A stretch of DNA of 58,243 nucleotides, filler included, from Sphacelaria rigidula (Eukaryota): the NCBI GenBank assembly GCA_964200075.2. It is 7 parts of 7 records of this genome, joined end to end, with 100 filler letters (N's around TTAATTAATTAA, not from the genome) between each part and the next. Parts side by side here need not be neighbours in the genome. Positions count along the whole stretch, not along the records: positions 41,676 to 49,909 come from CAXNAA020011832.1; positions 50,010 to 58,243 come from CAXNAA020011833.1; 5 more parts are not named here. The stretch is one strand, 5' to 3'. The stretch's first letter is position 1. Each line of letters begins with the position of its first letter. Position numbers and translations under genes: made by a program. The notes beneath the pieces were generated by a model. That model was given only the letters and a program-made list of their open reading frames with translations. It made no database searches and was not told the DNA's origin. Positions 48,663-58,243 of the stretch are shown here, in pieces.

Positions 48663-51600
48663 CTATGGGACGACAACACACACAACACACATGTGGCAGA
48701 GGCCAGCCATTTCTTTCCCTTTCTTTTTTCATCCACTTTCTTATTTATCTTATTTTTTGTATCTTGGTCTACTATGTTATTATGTTCTACCTTTTTCTGT
48801 TTCTTCTTTTCTCTTCAACGAGTGTTCCCATTTTGTTCTTGTCTCGGGTACGTCTATCATGTGGATAATGACCACGACTGGATCATGACTACCTGGGGGG
48901 GCGGGGGGGGGGGGGGGTCCATACGACAATCAAATCAGATCAAATCAAATCAATTGTTGGCATCATTCCCACACGAAAAGGACGTCGATCGCGATCATAC
49001 GTTGTACCACAATGTCGGCGCCGGCGTTATTTTTGGCGTAGTAACCATTCGACTGTGCTTACGTCAAACTCCTACACCGCCGTTAACACCTTCCAGAACA
49101 CCGCCACAAGAACAAACATGGGGACCCTCCGATCACATACAGGCATGCTTGTTACGATAAGGAGAGGGGTGGAGGGGGGGGGGGGGGTTGGGCCATTTCT
49201 CCCGTGAATTTCCTCTTCAGATTGTCGTTGAAAGCAGCAACGGTTGTTTGGACGCGCTTGTGCCCGACGAATAACGCGCTTTCATACTGCTTGACACCAT
49301 TTTCACCCAAATATAAGCGCACCGCGAGTGTGTTAGGTCGTCTGATATACCTTCAATCCCCCCCCCCTACTATCGTGCAAAGACGGCGAAACAGGACGGG
49401 GATAAGGTATGTGAAAGGTTTTTGTGTAGTGTATGGAAGAAACGTGATGAGCGCCGAAATGTTGGAGGTATCTCCAGTAGGAGTAGGAACGGTGCTCCAT
49501 CTCTAAAGGGATGCGCCGTTAATGGCCAAACGACTAAGGCAAGCCACAAATGAGTACGCCCCCCCCCCTCCCCTATCGAGCCTGGTCCGGCGAAAACCCG
49601 GCGTGCTCCGTCCCGGCTTTGTAGGGATGCGAGTTCAATGATCTTATGACCATGGCATGCATGACCATGAGGACACAAGCCTCCCCCATCGTGCTCATCG
49701 TGCTCCGTCTCGAAAGGGATGCGTGGTCAACGGTCAAACGACAAAGGCAAGCAACGAATGAGTACGCCCGCCCCAGTAGGAACGATGCGCCGTCTCGGAA
49801 GGGATGCGTGGTCAATGGTCACACGACTAAGGCAAGCAACAAATGAGTACCTCCCCCCCCCCCCCCCTCCCTCCGCCGCCTTCTCTCGGCGCACGTGCGC
49901 CGTCAGGGGNNNNNNNNNNNNNNNNNNNNNNNNNNNNNNNNNNNNNNNNNNNNTTAATTAATTAANNNNNNNNNNNNNNNNNNNNNNNNNNNNNNNNNNN
50001 NNNNNNNNNCCCCTCTCGCGATAAAAAATAAAGGTAAGCACCGCAGAAGGAAGGTGGGGTACTAAAAAAAAACAAGCTCCTGTGTTGACCTTCCTCCTCT
50101 GTGACCCCGGCTGGTGAGCCCACATATATATACCGAAGGGTGTAGACCGGCGTCCAGAAGAATAGATGGGACGACAACACACAAAGATCAGACGTTTTTC
50201 TCGCGGGAGGTATTCGTCCTTGTGGTCCGTCATAACCACAGTGTATGAAGTCGTGTCCTTTTCGCTTAGTCAAGTTCTCTAGCTTTTTTCGTGAAATGTC
50301 GAATGTTGTATAGGTATATGTTGGAGCGAACTTCAACCAACAGTTGTACATAGAGATGTTGCTCTTTCGTAAGCAAAATATCAACTTCTGAGCAAACTCC
50401 TACTTTTGGAGAACGAATCAACTTTTTTCTCCATGTTTCAGCTTTTTTTTTCAATCAGAACGCGATGTCTGTGACATATTCGGATCTTCCGCGTTCTCCA
50501 CACTTTTGATACGTGGAACAAAATTCAGTGTGTTTCATCCACTATTCCGCGCTCTCAACGTTCGCGTTCTTTAATACCTATCATGCCACACCCATGCCAG
50601 ATCTTCCTTCTTCTACTCATCATATATAGCACAGTTTCATAACCGATACACACGTCAAATCTCTGGCTCAACCTCTTGGTAGGAGTCATTACTTTTACCA
50701 TCTCCCGATCCAAATTAATTCTTGTCCACGCCTTTCGTGGAGGACGGGGCCGCCGATAGGCGGCCCCGTCTGATCCTTGTATATATATATATATACACCC
50801 CCGGGGTGAGTCGTCTGTTGCATCGGCATATTTTTCACTTGTAAAATGAGCAAGGACATACACACAGTACGGCCGAAAGCAACACACCAGGGCAGAAGGC
50901 GTGTCATGTGCGCAGAAGGCCTTCTGTAGTTCTCTTCGAAGCGACCAGACGAATCTTTTAGTTTCTGACTGGCTAGCTCGATTTCTCCATCAGAAAGGGC
51001 CCGGACACCGTTTTGAAAAATTCTCCTCTACGTTTTCCTAGCGATCTCTAACAGTACAGTCGCAACATCCCGGGAGACAGAGCCAGATTACGCGTACGGC
51101 CGGAATTTCCTCGCGGACATCTGGATTTTCTATTCCTGGTGATGTGAGTTCAGGTGATTCGGGTGAAGTTCGATTTTCGATATCACCCAGACCATTTTTT
51201 TGCGTAATTCTGATTATGTGCAGCGAAATGATTGGCCGTGCTACCCGTGCACACGACGGTTGTTACACCACTAAAACTCCATGGTTGTAAAAGTTGCACT
51301 ACGGTGTTTGATGTGTGTGGCCAAGAGCTATTCGAAAGCACGACAAGCACAGTGACGCTCTGGCCAAATCCAGGGCGGATGTAACGGCCTTCTTCCTATT
51401 ATATCTACACGTCGGTGCCAAAAGCTCTGTTCAATTCCCCGTATATCATTACTTTTACCCAGAGACGGAAGCAACTGTAATGAAACAACGCCGCATGGTG
51501 CTGACATAACGGCTAAACAGGTAGCACCACAACCTAAGAACTTGGCAGTTGAGAACTTGAGCCTCAGAGTTTTCAAAACATGAGAACTTCAGCAAAAAAT

Positions 51601-51700
51601 GTGATGCTTGAGCAAGAACCCCGCAGGTAATCAGGTCACGCAGGTTACATTTTGGCCCCAGAAATCCGCGCATGAAAGTTGGCCAAAAGGCTACTTCCTA

Positions 51701-52123
51701 TGTATCAATAAATGAAAAGTGTTGAAAAGTGCATTTTTGGCCCTTCTCCATCGTTTTTTCCCCGAAAAGAGGGCTTGGCCGATGTTGCCACGTTGGAATG
51801 GCTTGCTCTACTCGCTGAGGCCATTCCAGAGCACCCTTGCGTTTTCCGTAGGTCACGGTTTCGTTTTGGTCAAACTTGCATTTTCAATAACAAACGGTTA
51901 AGTTATCAAAAAACAGGGCACTCAACCGTTTGTTATTGAAAATGCAAGTTTGGCCAAAAACGAAACCGTGACCTACGGAAAACGCAAACGTGCTCTGGAA
52001 CGGCCTCAGCGAGTAGAGCAAGCCATTGCAACGTGTCAACATCCGCCAAGCCCTCTTTTCGGGGGGGAAACGACGGAGAAGGACCAATAATGCACTTTTC
52101 AACAAGTTTCATTTTTTTATACA
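51701..52123. mobile_element. Well-preserved foldback MITE of about 420 bp with TGT..ACA ends
   Basis: Arms of about 200 bp: tgtatcaataaatgaaaagtgttgaaaagtgca..ttttcaataacaaacggtt / aaccgtttgttattgaaaa..tgcacttttcaacaagtttcatttttttataca; no clear TSD. Confidence 0.9.
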
Positions 52124-53216
52124 TGAGAAGCAGCCGAAGCTCTGAGTGAAAACCGCTTGGCTATTTTATCAATATTGGAGGCGTGTTTGCCCACTTGAGT
52201 TTGGTCTCTATTTTGCTGAGTGATGGTGAATGTCGCTCCTGTACAGCAGTATGATTGACTTTGATTGATCGACTGTCGCACTTTAACTGACAACCCATGG
52301 GTCCAGCCGTGGTCGCATGATAGACGTACCCAAGAAAAGCAAGACTGAAACACTCGCTCAAGAAAAGAACGAATAGAAAAAAGCTGGACAGATCGACAGA
52401 GTAGACTAAGACGTGAAAAAAAAAAAAAGAGGAAAAACATCAACAAAAGCAAAACACAGAAAGAAACGGCCGACCTAAAAAAAAAGGGAATACTGTAAAA
52501 TAATTAAAAAGAAAAAAGCTCAAGGGATTCAGAGCAGCAGAGTAGATACAGACACACATCAGTGGGCACCGCAGAGCCACCGACTAAGGAAATAATCAAC
52601 AACCCGTATGAGCAGACAGGATTCTTCGATTGGAAGCCCTCGACGCAGCAGCCTCTCGCTTGTGACGGCGGTCTGATTCTCGCTTGTCCGCGCGTCACCA
52701 CGTGTCCTCAAACTCTTCCGCTCCTTTTTTGACTCCAATATGCCATTTGCCCCTGTTCTTCACCGCAGTGACCCAATCGTAGGCATCATTAACTTCTACA
52801 CCGTAGACGAACCACTTCCGTCGGGCTCCTTTGTGCGGGACAGCCCCTAGCACACGTACGTGTTCCTTTAGGGTATCCTCCCGATGCTTGGGGGGGGCGA
52901 CCGGCCTCCTTGGATCCTCGTGTGGAAACCCGACCGTTCATGACGCGTTCAGGCAGGCGTGTGTCCTTCTGCCGGACAAGGGCTCCCGCGAACCAGAGTT
53001 GGCGTTTTCGCATAGTCGTCTCGGAACGTTCGCAATTAGCCATCTCGACCACAGCTCTGTACGAACGAGTGTTGTACCCATTTCGATCTTTCCTGCGGAA
53101 TCCAACCACTCGCAGCAAGAGCTTCTGATGGGCAGTCCGCGGACTGTCGAAATTGTCAAAACATAGCGTCCATGTGGTACATCCATACAACGGAGATTCT
53201 ACCACCTCCACTTTAA

Positions 53217-53315
53217 CCTTTAGACCGCGAGATTAGTCTTTCTGGATCATGCATTCTTTTTTTCCACTTGGAATTGATGCCGATTCAACAGAAGACGAAC
53301 CTCGCGGTCTAAGGC
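53217..53315. mobile_element. 99-bp piggyBac-like MITE with TTAA target-site duplication inside the LINE RT
   Basis: TTAA|cctttagaccgcgag..ctcgcggtctaaggc|TTAA; removing the element and one TTAA restores LINE codons cga ctg ttt aaa gtg gag gtg (RLFKVEV). Confidence 0.88.
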
Positions 53316-55397
53316 TTAAACAGTCGAACTTTCAAGGATAGCTCGGCGTTGGGTCGGTCGTAGAGTTCGCAGCAATATTTTCGGATACGCGCCCACGCCG
53401 CACTGATGCGGCGGTTGATTTCGATGAACATTTTCGCATCCGCGTTGGTAGTTTTACCAGGGTAGATGAAATTCCCCGTCTGCTTACACCGTTGACCGGC
53501 AGCTTTGATATCGAGGGTGTCCTCCGTGGGACTGGGTACTGACCAAAGGCGCATGGACTCTGTCTTGTTTTCGGAGACCATCAGGCCGAATTCCTGGCAG
53601 GTCATCACCATCACAGTCATCATTCGAGCAAGGCCTTCTGACGTCTTCGAGGCTATGCCGACGTCGTCCGCATAGAGCATTGCCCACACCGCGCGTCGCA
53701 CCTTTTCCAGTGGTGTCTCTTCCACGGGTTCACCACCGTCACCTTTTGGCGCATCATCTAGAAAGACCAAGTCTGAGACGATGACTGGGTCCGCCGCAAA
53801 CCGCTGAACGATCACTTCCACCAACCCTGCTCCGAACATGTTGAACAACAGCGGAGACGAAACGCAACCTTGTCTGAGTCCCTGGAAGACGTGGAACCAC
53901 GCTGATAGTTCGCCATTATCTAGCTGTACGCGAGCTCGCATGCCGTCGTGAAACATACGGATGGTCGTGATCATTCGCGACGGGATTCCGAACCGAGCAA
54001 GCACTTCCCACAGGAGCGTGCGGTCTACAGAATCGTAGTTATTCTGCAGATCGATAAAGCGTATGTTTATTGGGGTGTTGCTCGCCCGTCCCACCTCCTG
54101 AAGTCAGCGTACTACAAACATCATGTATGTCGTCATCTTTGGCGCCTAAATCCACGCTGCTCTTCCGGGAAGACATCTGTTTCCTCACAAGAAGTACCGA
54201 GCCTGTTGGCTACGATTTTGAGGAGAACTTCAGCATTATGTGCCACAAGAGGAATGCCTCTGTAGTTACTACACTGGGTCCTATCTTGTTTTTTTTGTAG
54301 CACTTTGATGGTGACATATTTCCATTCTTGCGGAACCTCGCCAGGTGTCCAAACCGAAGAGACGATGCTGTGGAAGTGGTACAGAATGTCCGACGCTTCC
54401 CCGTCAAGTCCAAGCTTCAGGATTTCAGCAGAAATATCATCCGGACCCGTTGCTTTGCCGTTCGACATAGGTCTGGGAGTCTCCTCAGTTTCACTTGGGC
54501 TTGATGGGTCTCCTAGTGACAGCGCTATTGATCGTTGAGCAATCTTCTCGATGACGGTGCGGTCGATAGTTGCCGATGTGGCGTTCAGCAATGTAGAGAC
54601 ATACCGTTCCCATCTCTCACTCATCAAACCTTTTTCCCGCAGTAAATTGCCGTCCTCATCCCGAGTGTACTGTCCACTCTCGATTGGTCGTCCAAACAGT
54701 CTCCACCCTCCGTCGAGATGTTTGTACCATCCTATCATGTTCCCCGCTCGAGTATACTCCTCTAGTTCTCTAGCATACACATCCATATATTTGTCCACCC
54801 CAACTTGGATCACCTCTTCGATTTTTTGCATGCTGCTCGCAATGTGCGCCATGCATGTTTATCTCGAGATAATCCCAGTCTCACCGTTGATCTCGCCCTT
54901 TCCCTATTCATCCGGGCCTGTTCGAAGTTCGTTCTGATTTCAGCATCCTCAAACCACCCCGGTATACGTGGCTTTCTGGTCAGACGGGGCACCACCTTTT
55001 CAGCGGCACTCAACAGTACGTCGGCGAAGTTCGTAGCCAGTGAATTGACTGTATCGCCAGGTATACTCTGTTTGAGCTCGCTGATGATGAGCTGGGTGAG
55101 CTGCTCACGTCTTTCGGGGTCAGACGCTATTGCCCGTCTGTCGATCGGTGTACCCCCAATTGGAATTTGTCTGGTCTGTTGTGTGCGAAGTGACAAAGGA
55201 GCCGCACTGAGGCGCACACGATGCTGTGGTCAGAGTCCGGCGAGTTGGGGGCTTGAAGGTGGACAAAGACATTACGAACAAGCCTGCGGTGAACTTGTCG
55301 TGTGATGATGTAGTCAAAGCGTCTCTTGTCAGCGAGGCGATTCGAAGCACCGTTGAACGTACGCGAGGTGCTTCCCTTGGGGATGGAAAAGAACGTG

Positions 55398-55791
55398 TTG
55401 GCCAGAGAAAGCTTACTGTCGCCTGTAAATTGCATTAGAGATGTGCCGTTACTGCCGTTGGATCGGGAGTGTCGGCAGTATGCTTGTATAATTATACGCT
55501 CTTCCTTGCCTGATCGTACTCCGGTCCCCGCGTTAGCGTCCATAAAAATAAACAAGTGATGTTTGTGGAGGATACGGTTCACAATGCCGTCTAATTGGCC
55601 AGAGAAAGCCTACTGTCGCCTGTAAATTGCACTACAGATGTGCCGTTACTGCCGTTGGATCGGGAGTCTCGGCCGTATGCTCGAACAATTATACGCTCCT
55701 CCTCGCCTGTTCGTACTCCAGTCCTCGCGTTAGCGTCCATTAAAATAAACAGGTGATGTTTGTGGGGGACACGGTTCACAATGCCGTCTAA
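55398..55791. repeat. 197-bp tandem duplication within the LINE endonuclease region (55398-55594 / 55595-55791)
   Basis: Both units run ttggccagagaaagc..cggttcacaatgccgtctaa. Confidence 0.9.
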
Positions 55792-56103
55792 CTCAGTCCA
55801 AAACACATATCTCTCTTTCCTCGACGGGGGAGTGTTTTCGGGGCGTATGCAACTACAAACATAGCAGCATTTGATTTACCCGCTGGGTTCAAAGTCACCG
55901 ACATGAAGCGTTCGCTGATGAGTGCCTGAGTCCACGTCGCCTTGCTGATAATCGACTCCTTGACCGCCAACCCAGTCCCATGTTGACCAGCCCTTCCCTT
56001 AACCTCCTCTGCCCCGCAGAAAAAAGACACGATATCCGGACGCACATAATTCGGATCGACCTGGTTTCTTCGTTTCCTGTAGCCCCATGACGTCACATCC
56101 GTC

Positions 56104-56406
56104 TTCTTTTTTTTCTTCACACTTTGAACCCCTCCCCTTCCTGGGGATGAGTCCGTGGTCTCAAGGGATCAGCCCATCTCTCCCCCGGTACGTGCCTTTC
56201 ATTTTGGTCTCGTGGATTGGATCAGCACTCCCGCACCGCGTCAACTCACGTCACACAAAGCGAGGCTACTACTTTGTTTACTCACGTTCTCACGCTTTCC
56301 ACGGTAGAAATCAGATACTACGAAGAAAAAGCCCAACGCGTAGGGAATTGAACCCCCCGTTCTTTCCACCCTAACGGTGACAGTCGGACCATTATACCAC
56401 CGGGGC
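56104..56406 (-). mobile_element. Full-length tRNA-derived SINE (about 300 bp)
   Basis: Minus-strand head gccccggTGGTATAATGG (Pol III A box, 56389-56399) and GGTTCAATTCC (B box, 56344-56354), a body repeated elsewhere in the window, and an A-rich tail. Confidence 0.82.
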
Positions 56407-56509
56407 GAGGTCTAGAATGGTGAATATGGTTTGAGTCCGCAAGGTACTTGAATAAGTATGTTTGACTGAGACATGCTTCCGCCCTCTCCACGCGGTTTTT
56501 ATGTTGCAG

Positions 56510-57521
56510 GTACTGAACCTGATCGAACAGGGGCAATATCCGGGCTCCGTGCTAATTAAGCTCAGTCTGGGGAGTGTCGAAGAGTTCGCAGCGACAACAG
56601 CGGCCTGGCAAGCCGAGGCGCTCAAACTGCGGAGCCTGTCGTCCTACCTGCTTCGCGTTCATATTTATCAGGTTCGGAAACTCTGAAGTGACGGGGTAGG
56701 TGGATGGCACACCACGAAAGATCCATGAGTTGGGTATTTTTTTCAAGTACCGAAGGCAACAAAATATGTCTCGTAGAATGTAGTACCACTCGGCGAAAGA
56801 GAGACGGGACAGGATGCGCCTTGGCTCGACTTGCCGGTGGTCGGGAGTCCTCATGCGCGGAAGTTACGGAACTCCCATTATAACATTCTCCCGTAAAAGT
56901 CGCCGACTTCTCATGTGTGTACTGTACTTTTTATCGCAAGTCCGTACTGCATCATATCGCCCCGATCTCTGCCTCGCATAAGCAGTTGTGTTCACTGGAG
57001 CGAGCTCGAGCGACCAAAAGTATATTGTAGGGGTGTGTCGTGTTTCGTCTCCTGTGCCCTGACCCGTCGCAGAGAGCTGCCGTTTCGCGAAGAAGCAAGA
57101 CATTACCCCGGGGAGAGCTTTTGAGCGTTCGAATGTTCTGTTGCCAATACCAAAGACGTACGCAAGTGCATATGGACGGTACCTCTGAGAGGTGTTTTTC
57201 ACTGAAGACTGTTCCTGGAAGGACTCGAGTAACCCCGAGACATAATCTACCCCCGTGTACACTGCGCATGAGAAAACGTTTACGGGATGACTGACACGTG
57301 ATATCATACAGGGACGGGATTTTCCCGCTGCGGATCGCAACGGACTCATGGACCCGTACCTGAAGCTGCAATGCCAAACGAGGAGGATGAACACGGAGAC
57401 GTTCCGGCACAATGGCGAGTTCGTGCACCGTAGAAGAGCCACTGTGGACCCCGCGTGGTACTTCACCTGGGAGGCGGACCTCCTCCTGCCCGACCCCGAG
57501 ATGCAGGCCTACTTTTCGAAC
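56510..57521 (+). CDS. Two internal exons (56510-56671, 57312-57521) of a ferlin-like C2-domain protein
   Basis: The phase-0 join gives EQGQYPGSVLIKLSLG..YLLRVHIYQ/GRDFPAADRNGLMDPYLKLQC..RRATVDPAWY; LRVHIYQ-xRD-xPAAD-xNGLxDPY is a ferlin-type C2 signature. Confidence 0.85.
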
Positions 57522-58096
57522 GTACGTGACACGGCGTTTTCTTACAAGAAAACATGTGCAAAATGACACTCCAGTAGCAGTAGAAAAACAAGGCAATGGC
57601 AGGATTTCCAGGTAGATTGTGGATGAACGCTACGATAAGGAGCAGGATCGCAAGCCGAACCTTGCTGCAGGTGTTTTTGTTTCTGCTTGGGTTAGAGTGA
57701 CTTGGTTGACCGTCGCACATTATCTGATCCAACAAGAATTTGGCCTTACTCACAAGCGTTTGCATATGTTCGTTGTGTGGAATACTATTCGTGGCGTACC
57801 TGCGGCGCGACGAGTTTGATGCTGCCAACGCTAAGGCGCCGACGCGGAACTTCCTCGTCTATTCTATTTCTGGCCCATGTTCTGTTTTTCGCGATCCAAC
57901 CATCCCTCTGACTCGATAAAGTAAAAATATTTCCGCTGCGATGGAGATTCTGCGTGAAGGGGCGTTTGGAGTCGAACGTTGGTCAAGTGAAACGAAGAAG
58001 CAAAGCGCAGAACGAAGTACAAAGTGCCTCACCCTACTGTTGCTCGGTATGCGGCCCTGCTATTGGTGATGTATGGGGGTAGATTATGTCACACGT

Positions 58097-58127
58097 CAAC
58101 AACAACAACAACAACAACAACAAAACA
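58097..58127. repeat. (CAA)n microsatellite
   Basis: Read directly from the sequence. Confidence 0.9.
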
Positions 58128-58243
58128 GTTGGCCCAGCATCGATCAAAACGAGTCGCGCCCCCCTCTTTCCACTAAAACCCCCCAACCCCCCCCCGCCCC
58201 CCCCCGACCCCCACGCATCCCTCCCCCCATCATCCATCCAAAA

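Larger units (their letters stand above)
52250..56103 (-). mobile_element. Degenerate LINE (RTE-like; APE endonuclease + RT), 5'-truncated, with 3' UTR ending gttaaagtgcgaca(caat)n
   Basis: Endonuclease [93 protein letters not shown]-terminal RQLWFAGALVR. Confidence 0.93.

Noticed and set aside
56330..56406. tRNA gene
   Set aside because: It has A and B boxes but no convincing cloverleaf, and continues into a repeated body with an A-rich tail, so it is a SINE head.

Overview
Eukaryotic, intron-rich, repeat-dense DNA. The intron style, repeat content and CCCTAA-type motifs suggest a brown alga or another stramenopile (inference). The window is not one locus. Six identical 100-nt spacers (N44-TTAATTAATTAA-N44) split it into seven segments of 8236, 8235, 8235, 8235, 8234, 8234 and 8234 bp, the pattern of unplaced contigs joined in decreasing length order, so nothing should be linked across a spacer. 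Spliced gene fragments supported by GT-AG junctions and consistent exon phases: a type II peroxiredoxin (+, 1899-5234), an EF-hand-like protein (+, 14487-16131), a long terminal exon of an unknown gene (+, 33830-35157), the 3' end of a FadE-type acyl-CoA dehydrogenase (-, 37496-41053), two GT41/SPINDLY-like glycosyltransferase exons (-, 42287-43482), a six-exon unknown gene apparently inside the GT41 intron (-, 43904-48662) and a ferlin-like C2-domain gene (+, 56510-57521). Most of the rest is decayed transposable-element sequence: two RTE-like LINEs with (CAAT)n tails, three Ty3/Gypsy remnants (one with a chromodomain), a tRNA-derived SINE family, several MITE/foldback families (one carrying telomere-like repeats) and short near-perfect hairpins. 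No prokaryotic system or CRISPR array is supported. The best leads are the nested gene, the telomere-repeat MITE, the C-tract terminal repeat family and two hairpins.
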